DNA from: Nageia nagi
Lineage: Eukaryota > Plantae > Pinophyta
Direction: 5' to 3'
DNA: 64,000 bases
Assembly: GCA_050084985.1 (NCBI GenBank)
Contig: JBITNC010000001.1
Location: 184,140,001 to 184,204,000, forward strand
In this document: piece by piece, positions 26,288-41,199 of the stretch
Position numbering within the stretch: the stretch's first letter is position 1
Layout of the letters: each line of letters begins with the position of its first letter
The notes under the pieces: model-generated
What the model was told of the DNA's origin: nothing
The model's input: only the letters and a program-made list of their open reading frames with translations
Databases searched by the model: none
Translations under genes and position numbers: made by a program

Positions 26288-27603
26288 CACCTCCCTAATA
26301 GGGAAGCATTTGGTCCCACAAATGCATAGATGAGGATACAACTACCCAACTATAGACTTGTCCACCCACTTGGATTTATTAGGCTTCTATCCTTTTAACC
26401 CAACCAACGATAGCTCTATTTCACCTATTCTTGTAGCATGAACCTTCTTTTCCAATATGGTGTCCTCCTTGAGTTCATCTATAGTGTTAGGAGCTAAGTC
26501 ATCAATAGATGGTAAAATTTGATATGAACTTGCTTCATCTTTAGTTAACATAGATGGCTCATACAATTTAAAATACTCAACATTCACAATTGAATAGATG
26601 TTCATATATGCTAGAAGGTCCAATCTAAAAGCATTCTCACTTAGTTGCTCCATAATCTCAAATGGTCTATACCTTATAGGTTTCAACTTCTTGGCTAGTC
26701 CTTGCAACCTCTCCTTACTGAGATGCAACCAAAAATAGTCCCTCACATGAAACTTATGGTCAACTTTATGTTTGTCATGTCTCATCTTGTACTTGGCTTG
26801 GCTTGTTTCAAGTTTCTCCTAAACTTTTAAATGAATTTGCCTAATCTTTTCAACAAAATTTTCAGCTTGGTTTTCCTCTTTTTTAAGTGAATATTCTTCA
26901 TCCTTTTGCTATCCAAATACACAATCAAAAGGTGAAGGTGGTAAATAACCAAAATAATTCTCAAAAAGACTCTTATTAATGGAGGAATGAATTTCCCTAT
27001 TGTATGCATGTTGGATATATTTAAGATGTTCATCCCAAGACTTAGGATGTTTGCCACAATAACCTCTCAAGAGATGAAATACTATCTTATTCACCACCTC
27101 AGTTTGTCTATCCATTTGAAGATGAAAGGTAGTACTCTTTTTCAACCTTGTGTCCATCTTTTCCCACATATATATATATAAAACTTGCCCAAAAATCTAC
27201 TATCTCTATTTGAAATAGTGGAATTAGGCAATCCAAAATAAACCCAAATATGAGAAAAGAATCAATTTGTATCATCTTGTCCTATTATAGTCTTTTTACA
27301 TGGAATCAAAACACACATTTTGCTAAATCTATCCATAATATTAAATAAATAGTCATGACCCTTCTTAGCCATAGGCAATCCTCCCACAAAATCCATTGAG
27401 ATACACTCCCATGGATGTGAAGGTACTAGAAGTGGCTGATACAAATTCAATTTCTTGTTACTTGGCTTGCTAGTGCAACAAAAAGAACACTCCCTTATGT
27501 GCTTGCCAACTTGATCTTGCATATTTATCCAATATACACACCTTTGTAAATTGTACAATGTCTTTCTAATCAGTCCAATCATTTCACCTAGAGGACCTAT
27601 CAT
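25551..27603 (-). mobile_element. 5'-truncated chromovirus-like Ty3/Gypsy (INT, putative chromodomain, PPT, 3' LTR)
   Basis: INT motifs PWECISMDFVGGLP and HLQMDRQTEVVN, a GPF-type module (KLKPIRYRPFEI) and a chromodomain-like tail (ILEKKV...LVGLKG). The PPT lies at ~26290-26298. Confidence 0.85.
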
Positions 27604-28250
27604 ATCCTTTCTTCCATGGATCTTAGGTATTATCCTCTATAATTTATGATAATTGTTGCAAAGGCTTATAAGATCTAAACCCTCTCCCAAATGCATTATA
27701 TATATATATTTATATCCAATGAGATCTGAACACTTGACTTCTCCATTTAATATTTAATTAAATGTAACATTGTTAAGTTATATATCTTAGAGCCTAAAAT
27801 AAATTGAAAATGTAATAAAGAATGCATACAATATTGTATACATTATTTATAGTTTTCATGTAATGTAATTTGCTTCAATTTTATACATTAGTTGTATTTA
27901 GAAAATATATACATATTAATAAAATCAAAATCCATTACTTCCCTTCCAAATAACTCTTCCTTCAGCATAAGAATATATTTTACTAAGGCTTCAACTAATT
28001 TAATTTATGCTCAATATTCACCTCTTCTTAGTAAATCCCTTCATCACATAACTTCTCATATATTAGTAATTATGTAGATAAACAAGTGCACTATCCTTAA
28101 CTCAAACTAAGTATAAATATTAAAAAAAATGGACATGATGTAGATTAATTGTAATTATCATTATTATCATTATAAACACATATCAAAATGATTTTCAAGA
28201 GACTATTCATTAAACAAGTTAACACAAATACATTCTATAATAACCCAATC

Positions 28251-29245
28251 TATAAGTAGACCAAAAGACCCCACACCTTGAGTTCACACACAAGCAAATG
28301 TGAGAAACCTAAGGGCCTTTAGATGTCCACTTTACAATATCTAGATTATTGCTTGCATATGATAAGATAATGATAACAAGATAAAATGGGACAGGGTTTG
28401 GAGATTTTTCCTTTTTATGATATACCCAAAATGAAAAATGAATTGCAAAGTAAATATTTATGGAGGTTTCTAAGCTTTAGGTCTTTAATACCCTAGAGCT
28501 AAGCAATATGTGACTTATTTGCTTGTAAACCTCCAAGCCTTGAGTTAACAAGGCATTCAAAAATAGCTTAATGCCTAAGATGCAAGCTAACATAAATCCA
28601 AAATAATTTTTCTAGTGATTAAAATAAACTAAACTATTCTATCCTATGTATACAAGAGACTAACTTAGAAATATTAAAATGCAACCATGCACAAGTGGGT
28701 TAGAAAATGACCAAAAGGATATGATTTGATGCTCTTGTGTGACCTCTAATACCTACAAAAACCACTTGAAACAATATTAATCCCAACAAAAATAAAAATC
28801 ACATGAGTTTACCCAAGATTCCTTTGCAATATGAGGATAAGAATTACCATTTTACCTTGGAAGTGATGATTTGAGCTCACATGGAAGGTACCAAGATGTA
28901 AAAGTTTATACATACAGTGGAGAGAGGATGTACATGCAAGAATTCATGAGATATCTATTGGTATTGATATGAAATGATTTGAAATTGATATTTTTATTTT
29001 TATAATGATCAACTGATGGGCCAATTAAAGTATTAACCCTAACCAATCAACTAGTCCCCTAATAGATAGGCCAATTAGGGTTAGGCTTGATTAGATGGTA
29101 ACAAAGGGCTAAGTTACAAAAACTAATCACACAAGCAATATTACATAGGATCAATAGAAGGATAGGATCACAATAAGATGCAAGATAGGATAAATCATCA
29201 TGAGTCATCTAAGCTAGGTGAATGAATGATTTTAAGGTATTTATA
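28251..29245 (-). repeat. 3' LTR of the Tat/Ogre element (~995 bp)
   Basis: 28251-29021 aligns to 44228-44999. The right end abuts the PPT. Termini are degenerate. Confidence 0.8.
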
Positions 29246-31099
29246 AATGCCCCTCTTTATGTTGGTTTTTGTAAGATATGAAATGCATTACAAAAATAGG
29301 TGAAGTGTGTGCAATATGATACTGGTGTATGTTGTAATGATAGGATTGACATAATCATATTGAGGGTACATATGTCCATAATAACTTATGATGCCATTAC
29401 TATCATGTCATAACTTGTCTATACTGCTACAAAGTAGGGTATAATATAGGTGACATAGTCATGTTGATAGTACTTATAGTTATAACACCTCATAGAGCCA
29501 ACACTATCATTTTGTAATTAGCTGATACTCAGGAAGGCAAGATGTGATAATGACATAGTTGTGCTAACAAAAATGTTGAAAGGTAAATGATCATAAAATA
29601 GAACTTAAATATATACTAAATAATGATGTAACATAATATTATCAAAAGGACACATTCATACTAAGAAACTAAACAAAAAAAGTAAATGATCTTTTCTTTG
29701 TCCCAACAAATTAAGGGTAAAATGATTATACTTTTACCTATCAAGCATTTGACTACAACACAAAGGCATGCCATGCATATACAAAGTGCTATGGTGAATG
29801 ATTAATTGTAAATATGCTAATATGATTAAATATGATAAGAAAAAATGCAAGATCAAAATGGAATTTTGTAAAATGTTGATCACACCTATGGGAAAAACTA
29901 ATAGGAAAACAATGATTTAGATTATGAAAAGGTTAAGTGATTACATCCCCCTTCAGGGGGAGGATGGGATGAGGTACAAAAAAGGGCCATAGCCATATTA
30001 TCAATCAATAAGTAGAAAAGGTTGAATGGATCTATGAAAAAAGGAAAAAATGACATAATCTAACCTAGCCAGTTTATTACAAAGCAGTTAGGTCTAACTG
30101 AAAAGATGACTATGAGGATCGACTAAAAAGACTAGTTAAATAGACTAATTGATTGATTAACTAATCGATTAGTTGGTTAGGACCATGATAATTTAAAAAC
30201 AAAAAGGTTAATTCATTTGGTCATTTGCATACTTTTCAACTTCAAATTTGAGCTCTGACCAAGGGTAATTTTTTTCATGTTTATTAGCTTGATAGGGATC
30301 AATGTGGACTAAACAAGATGGCAATAGTTACAAATATAGGCAAGGACCTACCATGCAACCCACTAGTAGGAGGAGATGACCTCCCACATAAGTGGGTATG
30401 TAACTAAAAAACTCACCCATTTTCAATTATGAAAGTGTATTTAATTAACTTACATATAGTTATGTAATTTATTTTTGGTTTTAGAAGTTAAAATTAGCTC
30501 AATTTGATAAAAAAAATGTAAAGTTAAGAATTAGGGCATCATCTAGTTTACAAAATAGGAGACCAAATTAGATAAACTAGTAGCTAAAATGTAGATAATA
30601 ATGTTTAGAATATTTTTACTAATTTATATTTTAGATTTAATTCTTATTTTTTAATATTTGTTTCAATTTTTTCAAGCTTATGTTGTGGGTTTTATTAGCC
30701 CCATTCGGTTATGCTAGTGAGTGAGATGCAAATTAGTCCCAATTTAGGGGCTGGTTTATACTCCATCTATTAGACTTTAGCTAGCAAGACCAAGGATCAA
30801 TGGGATGGTTAGTTAATCACCAAACTAGCCTACCAACCAATCTATAGGGAATCAATTAGGAAATCCTAACCAACCTATTATAGATTGGTTAGATAAACTA
30901 GATAAAATAGCCAAAATTTAGAAAATGAATTGATCAAATTTAATGAAAACACAAAGGTAGGACCTATACATGATGCATTAGAGATCAAAGAAGCTAATAT
31001 GACATAGGATAGATCATAAAACCAAGAATAACTAAAGATTGAGAGGACTAACTTAACAAAATAGAGACACATTGACTTTGATTAGGAAGACTAACACAA

Positions 31100-32900
31100 T
31101 AGCTTCTTAAATTTGTGTTAGGTGAATACCTAACACAAGTTCAAGCTAATCCTAAGAAATATGTGTAAGGTATTAGATGAGTATGAATGGGTCTACTTGG
31201 AGGCAGTCAAACTAGCCATCAATGTTTAGTTGCAAGTGTTCATCATCAATTAGGCTTACATATGAAAACTGGTGGAGTGTTAAGATGAATAGTGTAATAC
31301 CTTTTAGTTCTTAAAAAGAGAAATGAATTATTAGAGGATATTTATTGAATATATTAGGTTCTCATTAAGGGAATAATGATCATGAAGATCCCCTCCAAGA
31401 GTGGGGTAATGCAGAGGATATATAAGGATGAGTGGTAGTCCATTAACATAGGCCATGGAGGGGTAGAATATGTAATCACATATGATGATAGATTATTGAT
31501 TTCATAGGAAATGATCATGATGAAGATGATAAATAATATTCTATTTCTAGATATCAATAACCATAGGTTCCCTTGGAACCTACTATATTTGGTCAAAGAT
31601 ATAGTTGAAAAGGGTATGATCTATGCATGTGGCCTATCCATATTGCAACATGCTTACTGATAGTTAGAGGACAAGGAGAGGGGTATCATGGGACTTACTA
31701 TGTGCCTATTGGTACATATTTGGGCATGTAAGCATGTACAAGTGGTATGACCCCATAACTTACTTTATAATATCCATAACATTAATTTCTTGGATCCAAA
31801 AGTGCCCATGAAAGGGTGGTAGCTTCCCTATGCCAAGAGGTGGGAAAGGATACATAAGTCTCAATGGAGAAGACCATATGAGGGGATGTATACCTACAAC
31901 CACAACATGTTGGCTAACCTACATGTAAAGGATATTATTTATAGGCCTTGGAGGAGGGCCCTACATTGGGTCAAGGAGGCTAAGTAGTTAGCTTGCATAC
32001 AATGATCCTATGATGTACATAGGAAGAGGCCTCAAGATGTTGAGATTTTTCAATATGAGAGTTACATACTAATTTGGAGTACAATAGGATGTACCTACTA
32101 ATATAGAGCTATATAGGCATGTAAAGATGTAGGGGGATCTACCTTGGAGGAGATACACTCTTCTAGATGATGCACCTAATGAGGCCTTCATAGTACTTGA
32201 TGTAGATGATATCAAAACCATGATAGCATATAACATATGGTGGGCTCTACAATGGGAAAAACTATACATCAATAGGATACTAAAGGCACCTCTAGAAAGG
32301 GATGGGGTAGTGCCACCACCACCACCAATAATGATAGTAGAATTAGGAGAACCTATAGTAGGAGAGGAAATAGGAAAATATCCAACCCAATAGGGTGTGG
32401 GAGAGATAGGAGGGAACATTAGGGGCCTTGATTTTGACTAGTGGATTAACATCATGACTAAGAGACAAGAGGCATAGGATGCACAACTCATCCAAGAGTG
32501 CAACACAACCATGGTGCATAGAGATGTGGTTAGAGTAGAGAGGGATAATGCTTGTTAAGAGCATGATACTATGATTATAGAGTGATATACTATATGAGAG
32601 GAGAGGTATGTTGTGGTTATAAGGGATATAACTATCTAGGCTAAGGACGAACTTCAAGTGCAGTTGCAGACTACATAGGATGAGATTCAATAACTAATAA
32701 AGCTTTTAGTGATGACATAGTGGATACATGAAAGTACTACATGTGTAGAGGTAGGCATGCAAACTAAGAAGGTGGTAGTGCCCTATCACTAGCATCAAAT
32801 GGTAATTAAGGGATGGAAGCAAGAGGCCACCAAGATGCTATCATTTTAGGGTCAATTATTTATGATAGGGATCATTATGTTAAAATCACCATTAAGAGGG
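31100..32900 (+). pseudogene. Plant Mobile Domain (PMD, aminotransferase-like) ORF remnant, antisense to gag-pol
   Basis: YACGLSILQHAY**L...CLLVHIWACKH (31622-31735), DIIYRPW (31931) and RVTY*FGVQ*DVP (~32058-32096) match the PMD motifs YxWGxxxLAxLYRQL, LLQxWxWE, WxPY and RVxRQFGxxQxxP in the correct order. Outer limits are approximate. Confidence 0.78.
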
Positions 32901-35833
32901 TGGATGCACTTAGAAAGAAAGACATGAACCCATAGTGCTACATCATAAAGGAGTGTACACCATGCTAGTAATAGCTGGTCGATCAAGATAGTCACATAGG
33001 ACTCACAATATGTATGTTCCTTAAGGATGAGTGCCCTAAGGGTTTCTTAGCCACCAAGAGGAGCATAGGTTGAGATAGGAGGCCCATTAAGAGTAAAAAT
33101 AGAGGGAGAGGGGGATATAATGACTTCCCTTAGACATGCTAAGGGAGAACACAAAGGAGGGGATGAGACCTTATAAGAGGATAGGGTTGAGATATGCTTA
33201 GGGTTAGACATCATTTTTTGATATGCATTTGCATGTGCAAAATTTTGTACACCCATTTTGACATACATGTATATTTTTTGAGATCCTATGATGTACTTAT
33301 TGGATGTTGATAAATATTTATGGTATGCTAGATATTGTGATGCGATTATAGACTATTATTTATGCATTTTGGTTTATATGTTTAGACATCTAGTTAGCAT
33401 ATGTGGATGGATGTTTATTTATACATGGTTATGTAATGCACTCATGGATGCTATATGATATGATGATATGGATATTTTTATGATTATGTCAAACTTATAT
33501 AGTACTTTGTTTGGTTTTTTTATTATAACATACAATGATAGTGATATGCAATATGTTTATGATGTTGATTATGTGATTACATGTATGCCTAGTTGTACTT
33601 TGTGGATGCAAATGTATGTATTGAATAACAAACAATATGAATGTATGCATAAAACACACATAAGTAATAAAAATGAAAAATATTGATGTATACATGTATA
33701 AAACACATAAAATGAGGTAATAATGACTTAGATGGATGGATAATAAACAATACAAATGTATGCAATAATCACATAATGGATATATACATATATGAACACA
33801 TAATGCCTAAATGATAAAATGAACACACAAAAGATATAAAGGAAAATGTACATAATAAAAAAGAATGCAAATAAAGAAAATAACATTGATAGACATGAAA
33901 ATATAAAATGAACACACAAAACAACAATAATAAGTAACAAATAAATGAGAAAAGATAATAATGAATATAATAAGTGATGATGGTAAATGATATACCCAAT
34001 GATAATTGATAAATAATGATAATTAACAAATAAAGATAACTTGACAATTAATGATAATTTGATAAATAATATAAAATTTGATGAATATTAGAAAATTGAC
34101 AAATAATAAAGGATATATAATAATGTACAAATAATAAATATCATGATTGCACAATAATGAGTGAAATGACACTAAATTGTTCATGCAAGCACAACAAAAT
34201 GTAATAAAAAATTTATGATAAAATCAATTAAAAATATAATATGACTAACTAAATGGGCCCACACAAGACTTCATAAGCAAGAAAGTTGAATGGACCATAA
34301 ACATCATCAAACACATCATGTAATGATAACAAGATAAACTCACTCAAATTGACACAAAAACAACATCATAAATTAGCCTAGAATAGCATTTTAACAAAAT
34401 CTTGTTAAGTGAAAAAGTGGAAAATGATAAACTTTGATGAAGGATATTAAGCAATCACCATGTAAAAATTCCAAATGGATTTGCTAATATGATTTTAGGT
34501 AATTTAGTCTAAGTATTAGATCAAAAGAATAAAAAAAGGAGTTAGTTTGACCTATTTGATAATCCCAAATCAAAGGCAACTTATCAAGTTGTGACATCCT
34601 TCAATGGCCACTAAAAGGGTGTCATTCCAAGTAGCCACCAATATGGCATTCGAAAAGATATCAAATGATGAGCCATAGATTTGAAATTTGACATGGTGAT
34701 CATATTAATATCAATGAAGAATAAGAAAAATATGGAACTAAAAATGAACATCATTTGATACTTCAAAAAGTTAAATAAAAAAATAATATTCAAAATGCTA
34801 ACAAACAACTTTGAAATCAGATGAAACTGAATGAGGTGACTAAAAATGACATAAAAAGATCATAAAATACTAATTTTTGAAAATGGCCAAGAAATGAACA
34901 TAAGGTACACACACTTATTGAGGCATCACATAGGGCTAAGTAGAAACTTAGGGAAAGCATCAAAATAAATAAAATGGTTAAAATGGAAATAATCAACATG
35001 AAGATCAATGATAAGTAAATAGTAAAAACACCCTAATATGAAAAATAAAAATGATAAGATATAAAAACACAAATGAAAAAAAATAACAAAAAGTGCTAAG
35101 TGAAAAAATAAGAGATGTGGCATTTAAGGATATAAAAACACATTACAAGTCACCTGTAACATAAAGATATCTGTTAGAAACTATGATAGTCATAGCCTAT
35201 GGTCAAACTTGATGGAATGACTAAAGGAAACCCAAGGCAACTATGACCAAGTGGTTACATCCTCATCAGGAATCACAAATGGGACAAGATGAAAAGAGAT
35301 ACAAATGGACATATAATGATGTAATTAATACCATGAAACATAAAAAATAAAGATCTTGGCTCATCTATGTACATAAGGGACTGAATTCCATGCATGTTTA
35401 GGATTATGCTTGCTTTTATAGGGATTCAAGAGATAATGTCTAATGGTAAACCCTAGAGGAGGAACAATATTGATAGCAAATAATGCCATCAATACAAATG
35501 AATAAATATGGTTATAAATTTATAAATAAAGAGAAACATGACAAATGATGGCTATATGAGTGACTATTTTCCTATCCCATAGTGTGCACAAGTGCACAAC
35601 CATGAAAGGAGGGATAGGATTTAGTATCGAATCCTAATTACATGATCAAAAATAAAACAAATGGATGAATTACATAAAGTGATAAAATGCCCATGAAGAT
35701 AACGAATACCTACACTCAAGGTATCATCTCCCAAATCACCATGGATTACATGATGGGAACAATTACGGTGACATGAGCAAAAAAACATAAAACAAGGGAT
35801 GACAATATGGACATAGTAAATAGAAACCAAAAA

Positions 35834-38800
35834 TCAAGAATAGAAAGGATGAAGATTAATATTTATAGGCTCAAAATCTTCCCATCCTTCTAAATCTATG
35901 ATATGGTATACACTTAAAATGATCTTATGCTTGATGATGTAGGGGCCTAGCCAATTAGGGGAAAACTTATCCCAAAGAGGATTATCGAGATGAGATTGCT
36001 ATTGGTTCTCTTTGAGAATAATATCACTAACTTGAAACTCATGAGGCTAAACTCTCTTATTGAATGCTCACTTGAGATGCTCTTAATAAACCTTGTGATC
36101 CTTAATTACATTGTTGCATCTCTTATCTAGCAAAATGAGTTGATCTAGTCAAGCTTTATGAGTCCATTCATCAAAAGTAAGATCCTTGAGTGATACATGT
36201 AAGGAGGAGGTCTCATGCTCAAGAGGCATGAAAATTACAACACTGTAGATGAAGGAGAAAGGAGTAGCATCCATGGGCATTTTAATGCTAGTGTGATCAG
36301 CCCATAAAGTGTATAAAAGACACTCATACCAATTATGATGATTGCCATTGATTATTTTCTTAAGAATCATGATAATCATATTATTGTTTGCTTCATCTTG
36401 ACCATAAACCTATGTGTAATAAGACATGAATAATGATTATTTCATATGATATCAATTGCACATTCTACTAACATATTGATTCTTAAAATTAGGACCATTA
36501 TTAGTAATGATCCTGGTAGGAATACCAAATCAACATATAATGTGAGTCTCTATGAAAGATTTGATCTTTGGACCCATAGTAGAGACTAGAGGAACCACCT
36601 AGATCCAATTAGTAATATACTCAGTGGCATTGATAATGAACTTATGACCTTCTAGATAAAGGGGCACAAATTGATATACAAGTTTGAAACCCTATTGGAT
36701 GAAAGGCCACATGTCTTGGATAGGATAGAGAGCTTGAGATAGAATATGCTAAAGGTGAGCATGCTATTGATACTTGATACACTTATTGATATACTCATTA
36801 CAATCATGGTCCATTTTGGACTAGTAATAACCCATTCATAAGATACATTTAGCGATAGAAGTGCCATTAAAGTGTCCACCATAAATATCATCATGATAAT
36901 CTAATAGGGCAATCTATTGATCATAATGCTTAAGATAATAAAGGACTCTATCAAAATATCACTTATACAAGATATCCCTTAAAAGTGCATCAAGTGGCTT
37001 GATTCTTAAAAGATTGCTTCTCACTCGGTGACATACCAAGAGGAAGGGCATTTCACTTGAGGCACTTATGAAGTTGCTTGTACCATAAGTCTTGATACTT
37101 GAATGAAATCTCATTGATACTAGCTTCAAAAAGAGGAGAAGGTGAATATGAATTGAATGATAGCTCCTTGACAGTGACAACTTCCACATTCTGAATACAT
37201 TGATGAGGTTTATATGGAATGAGTGACCTTAAAGAAGACATGGTATCCATGAACCTATTCAATGACCTAAGGGAAAACTCAATCTTATAGGCCTTGAAGC
37301 ACTCGAGGAGCTTGATGACCTCCTCTCTATAATATTTGAGGAGTTCATTATGACATTGATAAACTCCAAGGATTTGGTTAATTACCAAGAAAGAATAATC
37401 ATAGATCATGAGTCTCTCTATCTTGAGCTCGATGTGGATCCTAAGACCTAGGATCAATGTTTTGTACTCAGCATTGTTATTTATGCAAGGAAAATCCAAC
37501 TTAAAAGAATAAGGGATAGGGACACCTAAAGGCTTGAAGTAGATAACTCATGCATCATCCCATTACTCACACTTTGATACATCAAAGTACATATTCATGT
37601 CAAAATCTTGTGAGTTTCAACAAAATCCTTCTCTTTATCAATATTAAAGATATCCTCATCAAGGAGATTGATATCTAGAGGCGAATTATCTAACAAGGGT
37701 GCTTCAACCAACTAATCTACTATGACCTAACCCTTAATGTATTTATTACTAACAAAATCAAGGCTAAACTTCGATAAAAGCATGAGCCACTTAGATGTTT
37801 AAGAATTATAGTAAGTTTTTCTAATCATGTACTAGAGTGGGTTAGCATGAGAAATCATGTATGTCATATAATTGAGTATATAATGATGTAATTTCTTAGT
37901 TATGAAAATGATGATAAGGAAAAGAAACTCTATGTAGATGTATTTGTTCTCACAGTCAACAAGAGTATAACTAAGGTAATAGATGGTTTGTTCTTTGCCT
38001 TGATTATTCTTTTGAACAACCATGATGCCTAAGGAAAAATTGGTCATTGAAAGATAGAGGTGGAAGGAGATACCATCTCTAGGAGGGATCAAAATAAAAG
38101 GATTAGTGAGATAGCACTTGATGTTATCAAAATATTGCTTATACTTCTCATTCCACTTTGAAGGCAACACCCTTCTTGAATAGCTCATTAAAAGAATGAC
38201 ATGTATCTGAAAGCTAAGCTATGAAATGATGAATGGCCTAGATTTTACCTTGAAGACTCCTCAAGATTTTGATGTTATGAGGAAAGGGCATATCCATAAT
38301 GGTATTTACCTTTTTTACGATCAATCTCAATACCCCTCTTGGATACAATGAGCCTTAAAAGCTTGCATGACATAACACCAACACATATTTCTTAGGATTC
38401 AACCTAACGTTATTCTCGAGAAGATAATGGAAGACCTTGTGAAGAATGTCCTAATGTTCTTTATGTGTTTTGGATTTAGCTAGAAGGTCATCAATGTAAT
38501 GTTCCATAATATCATGCATTATGTCATGGAAGATATAAGTCATGGCTCTTTGATAGGTGGATTTAGCATTCTTAATACTAAAAGGCATAACTCTATATTA
38601 ATAGGTTCCCCAAGGGATCATTAAAGCTATTCCATATTGATCTTTGGGACTAACCCAAATTTGATTTTAGCCAAAAAAATTGACCATAAGGGACAACATC
38701 TCATACCCAACAATTTTTTCAACCAAGATATTGATATTGGGTAGAGGAAAATTGTCCTTAGGACTTACCTTGTTAAGATCATGAAAATTTGTATAAATAC

Positions 38801-40700
38801 AAATATGACCATAAAACCTACTGATAGGAACCATATTGGAAATCCACTTGGTGTAATTAATAGGTTTGATGAAGTGAGACTTCAAAATATTTTTAAGCTA
38901 TCCTTGATTAAAAAGGATTAGGGTATATTGACTTTCCTAAGTTTTTTCTTGATTGGTTTAGCATTAAGATAAGTTATGATGTTATGCATTACAATATTTG
39001 GATCTAAGCCTAGCATATCATTATAACTAAAGGTAAAGAGTTTGTGATACTTAATTAGAATGGATATAGCTAAGTCACACTTAGAATTGATTAAGACATC
39101 ATCGACATAGATGATCTTATTATTTTTAGGATCATTGCCAATGTTGATTTCAACTAGGCCCCCAACATGCATGTGAGACCCTTCTTCAAGCTATTTAATG
39201 ATAAGAAGATATGAGTAATCATAATCACTAGGATAATATATGGATGATATAAGACTAGACAAAGATACCTCATCTAAGGACAAGTGAGGGGGAAGACAAG
39301 CATCACTTGATGAAAAGAACCCTAATGGTGGTAAGAAGAAATCCAGGGATTTAGGACCAACAACAATCAAAGAGTCACCATAAAGGGTATGATAAAAGGG
39401 ATCTACTTATGGATAGATACTATATTTATAAAAATAATCATGTTTGAATACAAAGGATCATCAAAAATTGATCATGAATATCGATATTAGCAAACTCCCC
39501 TTCAAGTGCAAAAGATTTGGAACCCTTGAAACCAAGGCTCCTCTTGTCATGAGTCGCTTGAAAAATAGTTTGAAAAGCATTGAACATACCTTTCTCATAC
39601 TTACCTAATCCACAACCTTACCATTTACAATGCTCAAAGTATCATCAAACAAAGTTAGGACAAGATAAGTAATCAATCTTAGCATAAAAAAATTCTTTCA
39701 AAGGATGGTTGAAAAGAACATTAGATGGAGAATCATTACTAGCATAAATAAAAAAAGATTGATTAGGACTTAGCCTAAAGGAATCAAAGACACAATAGCA
39801 ATGAAGGTATCTTAAGTTTAGCCAAAATCCTTGATTGATTGGATGTTAGAGAATACATTCTCAATTTGATATTCCCCTAGACCAAGGCTAGTATATTATA
39901 CCAAAATAGGGTAAGTAATAGAATCATCATCATCCTTATCCTAGGTGACATGATCAAAATAAGAAGCATGACACTCTTACTCTTGGGAAGGTTGATATGT
40001 CATGTTTGATGATTTATAAAGATCATGAGGTGGGGGAACTTGATTGTAGGATTGAGGTTGAGTGGTCTTGGGTTGAGGCTTCTTGACTTGAGGCTTTGAA
40101 TGTGATGGTTACAATGATGATCCCATGGGTGATTTATGTAGGGTGAGGTACATCCAAAGGAGATGATGATGATGAATGTCTTGAACCAAGAGATTGATTA
40201 GAATGAGGATGCAAGTATTAGGGACCTTGTAAACTAGATGATGCTTGATTAATATTATTTTTCATAAGGATAGTTATGGATGACAAACTTGACATAGAAA
40301 AAGGATCAAGATCTTGAATAAGATTACAATGTCTAAAGAGGTTTGGATCTATAAGAATGCAATGTGTCTTACCCTCATACAAATACTTGACTAATCTATC
40401 AATGGTATTCCCAAAAGAATATTATATTACATTTCACCTTCAATGACATGACAAGCTGTAGGAATCAATCTCACCCCAACCTTAATGGGGATCATAATAA
40501 CTCCTAAGGTGGTAGATAAAGTATTGTTGAAGGCCCTAATTTTCAATGTAGGAGAACTTAAGTATGATGTGGGTATGTTGAGGTTTTGAAGTGTGACTAT
40601 ATATACCACATTAATAGTTGATCCCTTGTTAATCATAACCTTTTTAACTTCTTTACCATATATATATATGTAATGGTATAAATAACTAGATGTTTCTTAG
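35834..40700 (-). pseudogene. Tat/Ogre pol: protease, G-patch, RT, RNase H, additional RNase H, integrase
   Basis: PR 40427-40636; G-patch-like GCGLGKYEKG ~39585-39620; RT (PKDNFPLPNINILV, 38667-38885); RH 37832-38188; aRH (FPCINNNAEYKTLILGL...LVINQI, 37053-37499); INT ending in KFSPNWLGPY...EPININLHPFYS*. Confidence 0.92.
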
Positions 40701-41199
40701 ATGCTCCTAAGGAATGATATACTTCATCCATATAGAATGTGATAGAATGCCTCATGTAATTTTGAACTGATACATAAAATTATACAAAGGTGTTAGAATC
40801 ATCATTAAATAACTCAATGGTCTTAAGTATATCATTTAAGGCACCTCTGTGAGCCTTGGATTGTTGCAACAAATCCCATAAAAATAGCTTGGTAGGGGTT
40901 AAACTTAATTGTTGTTCCAACTGATTCTTAATAGCAATTATTAGTCTAAAAGGTTGTGATTTCACTTTTATGTTAACTAGTAGTGTGAGTTGTTGTGCTC
41001 TCTCACCTCCCCTTCTTGTACATGTAGTAACATAAATTGGCTTTATGCCCATCATACCAACAAACTCTATGGATAAGGAACCACCATGTGTTACATGTCT
41101 TAATGTGGAATCCATGGTACTCACTTGGTTCATGTTCATTTCATGCCTTGATAGAGGATTTTGATATACCCCTAAATCCCTATTAGGTTAAGCGAGGGG

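Noticed and set aside
32069-32690. Minus-strand ORFs of 115-116 aa
   Set aside because: They are shadows of the plus-strand PMD remnant.
33400-35200. Many hydrophobic Ile/Phe/Tyr-rich ORFs that look like membrane or env proteins
   Set aside because: They come from A-rich low-complexity sequence in the 3' region of the Tat/Ogre element, overlap in several frames and show no motif.
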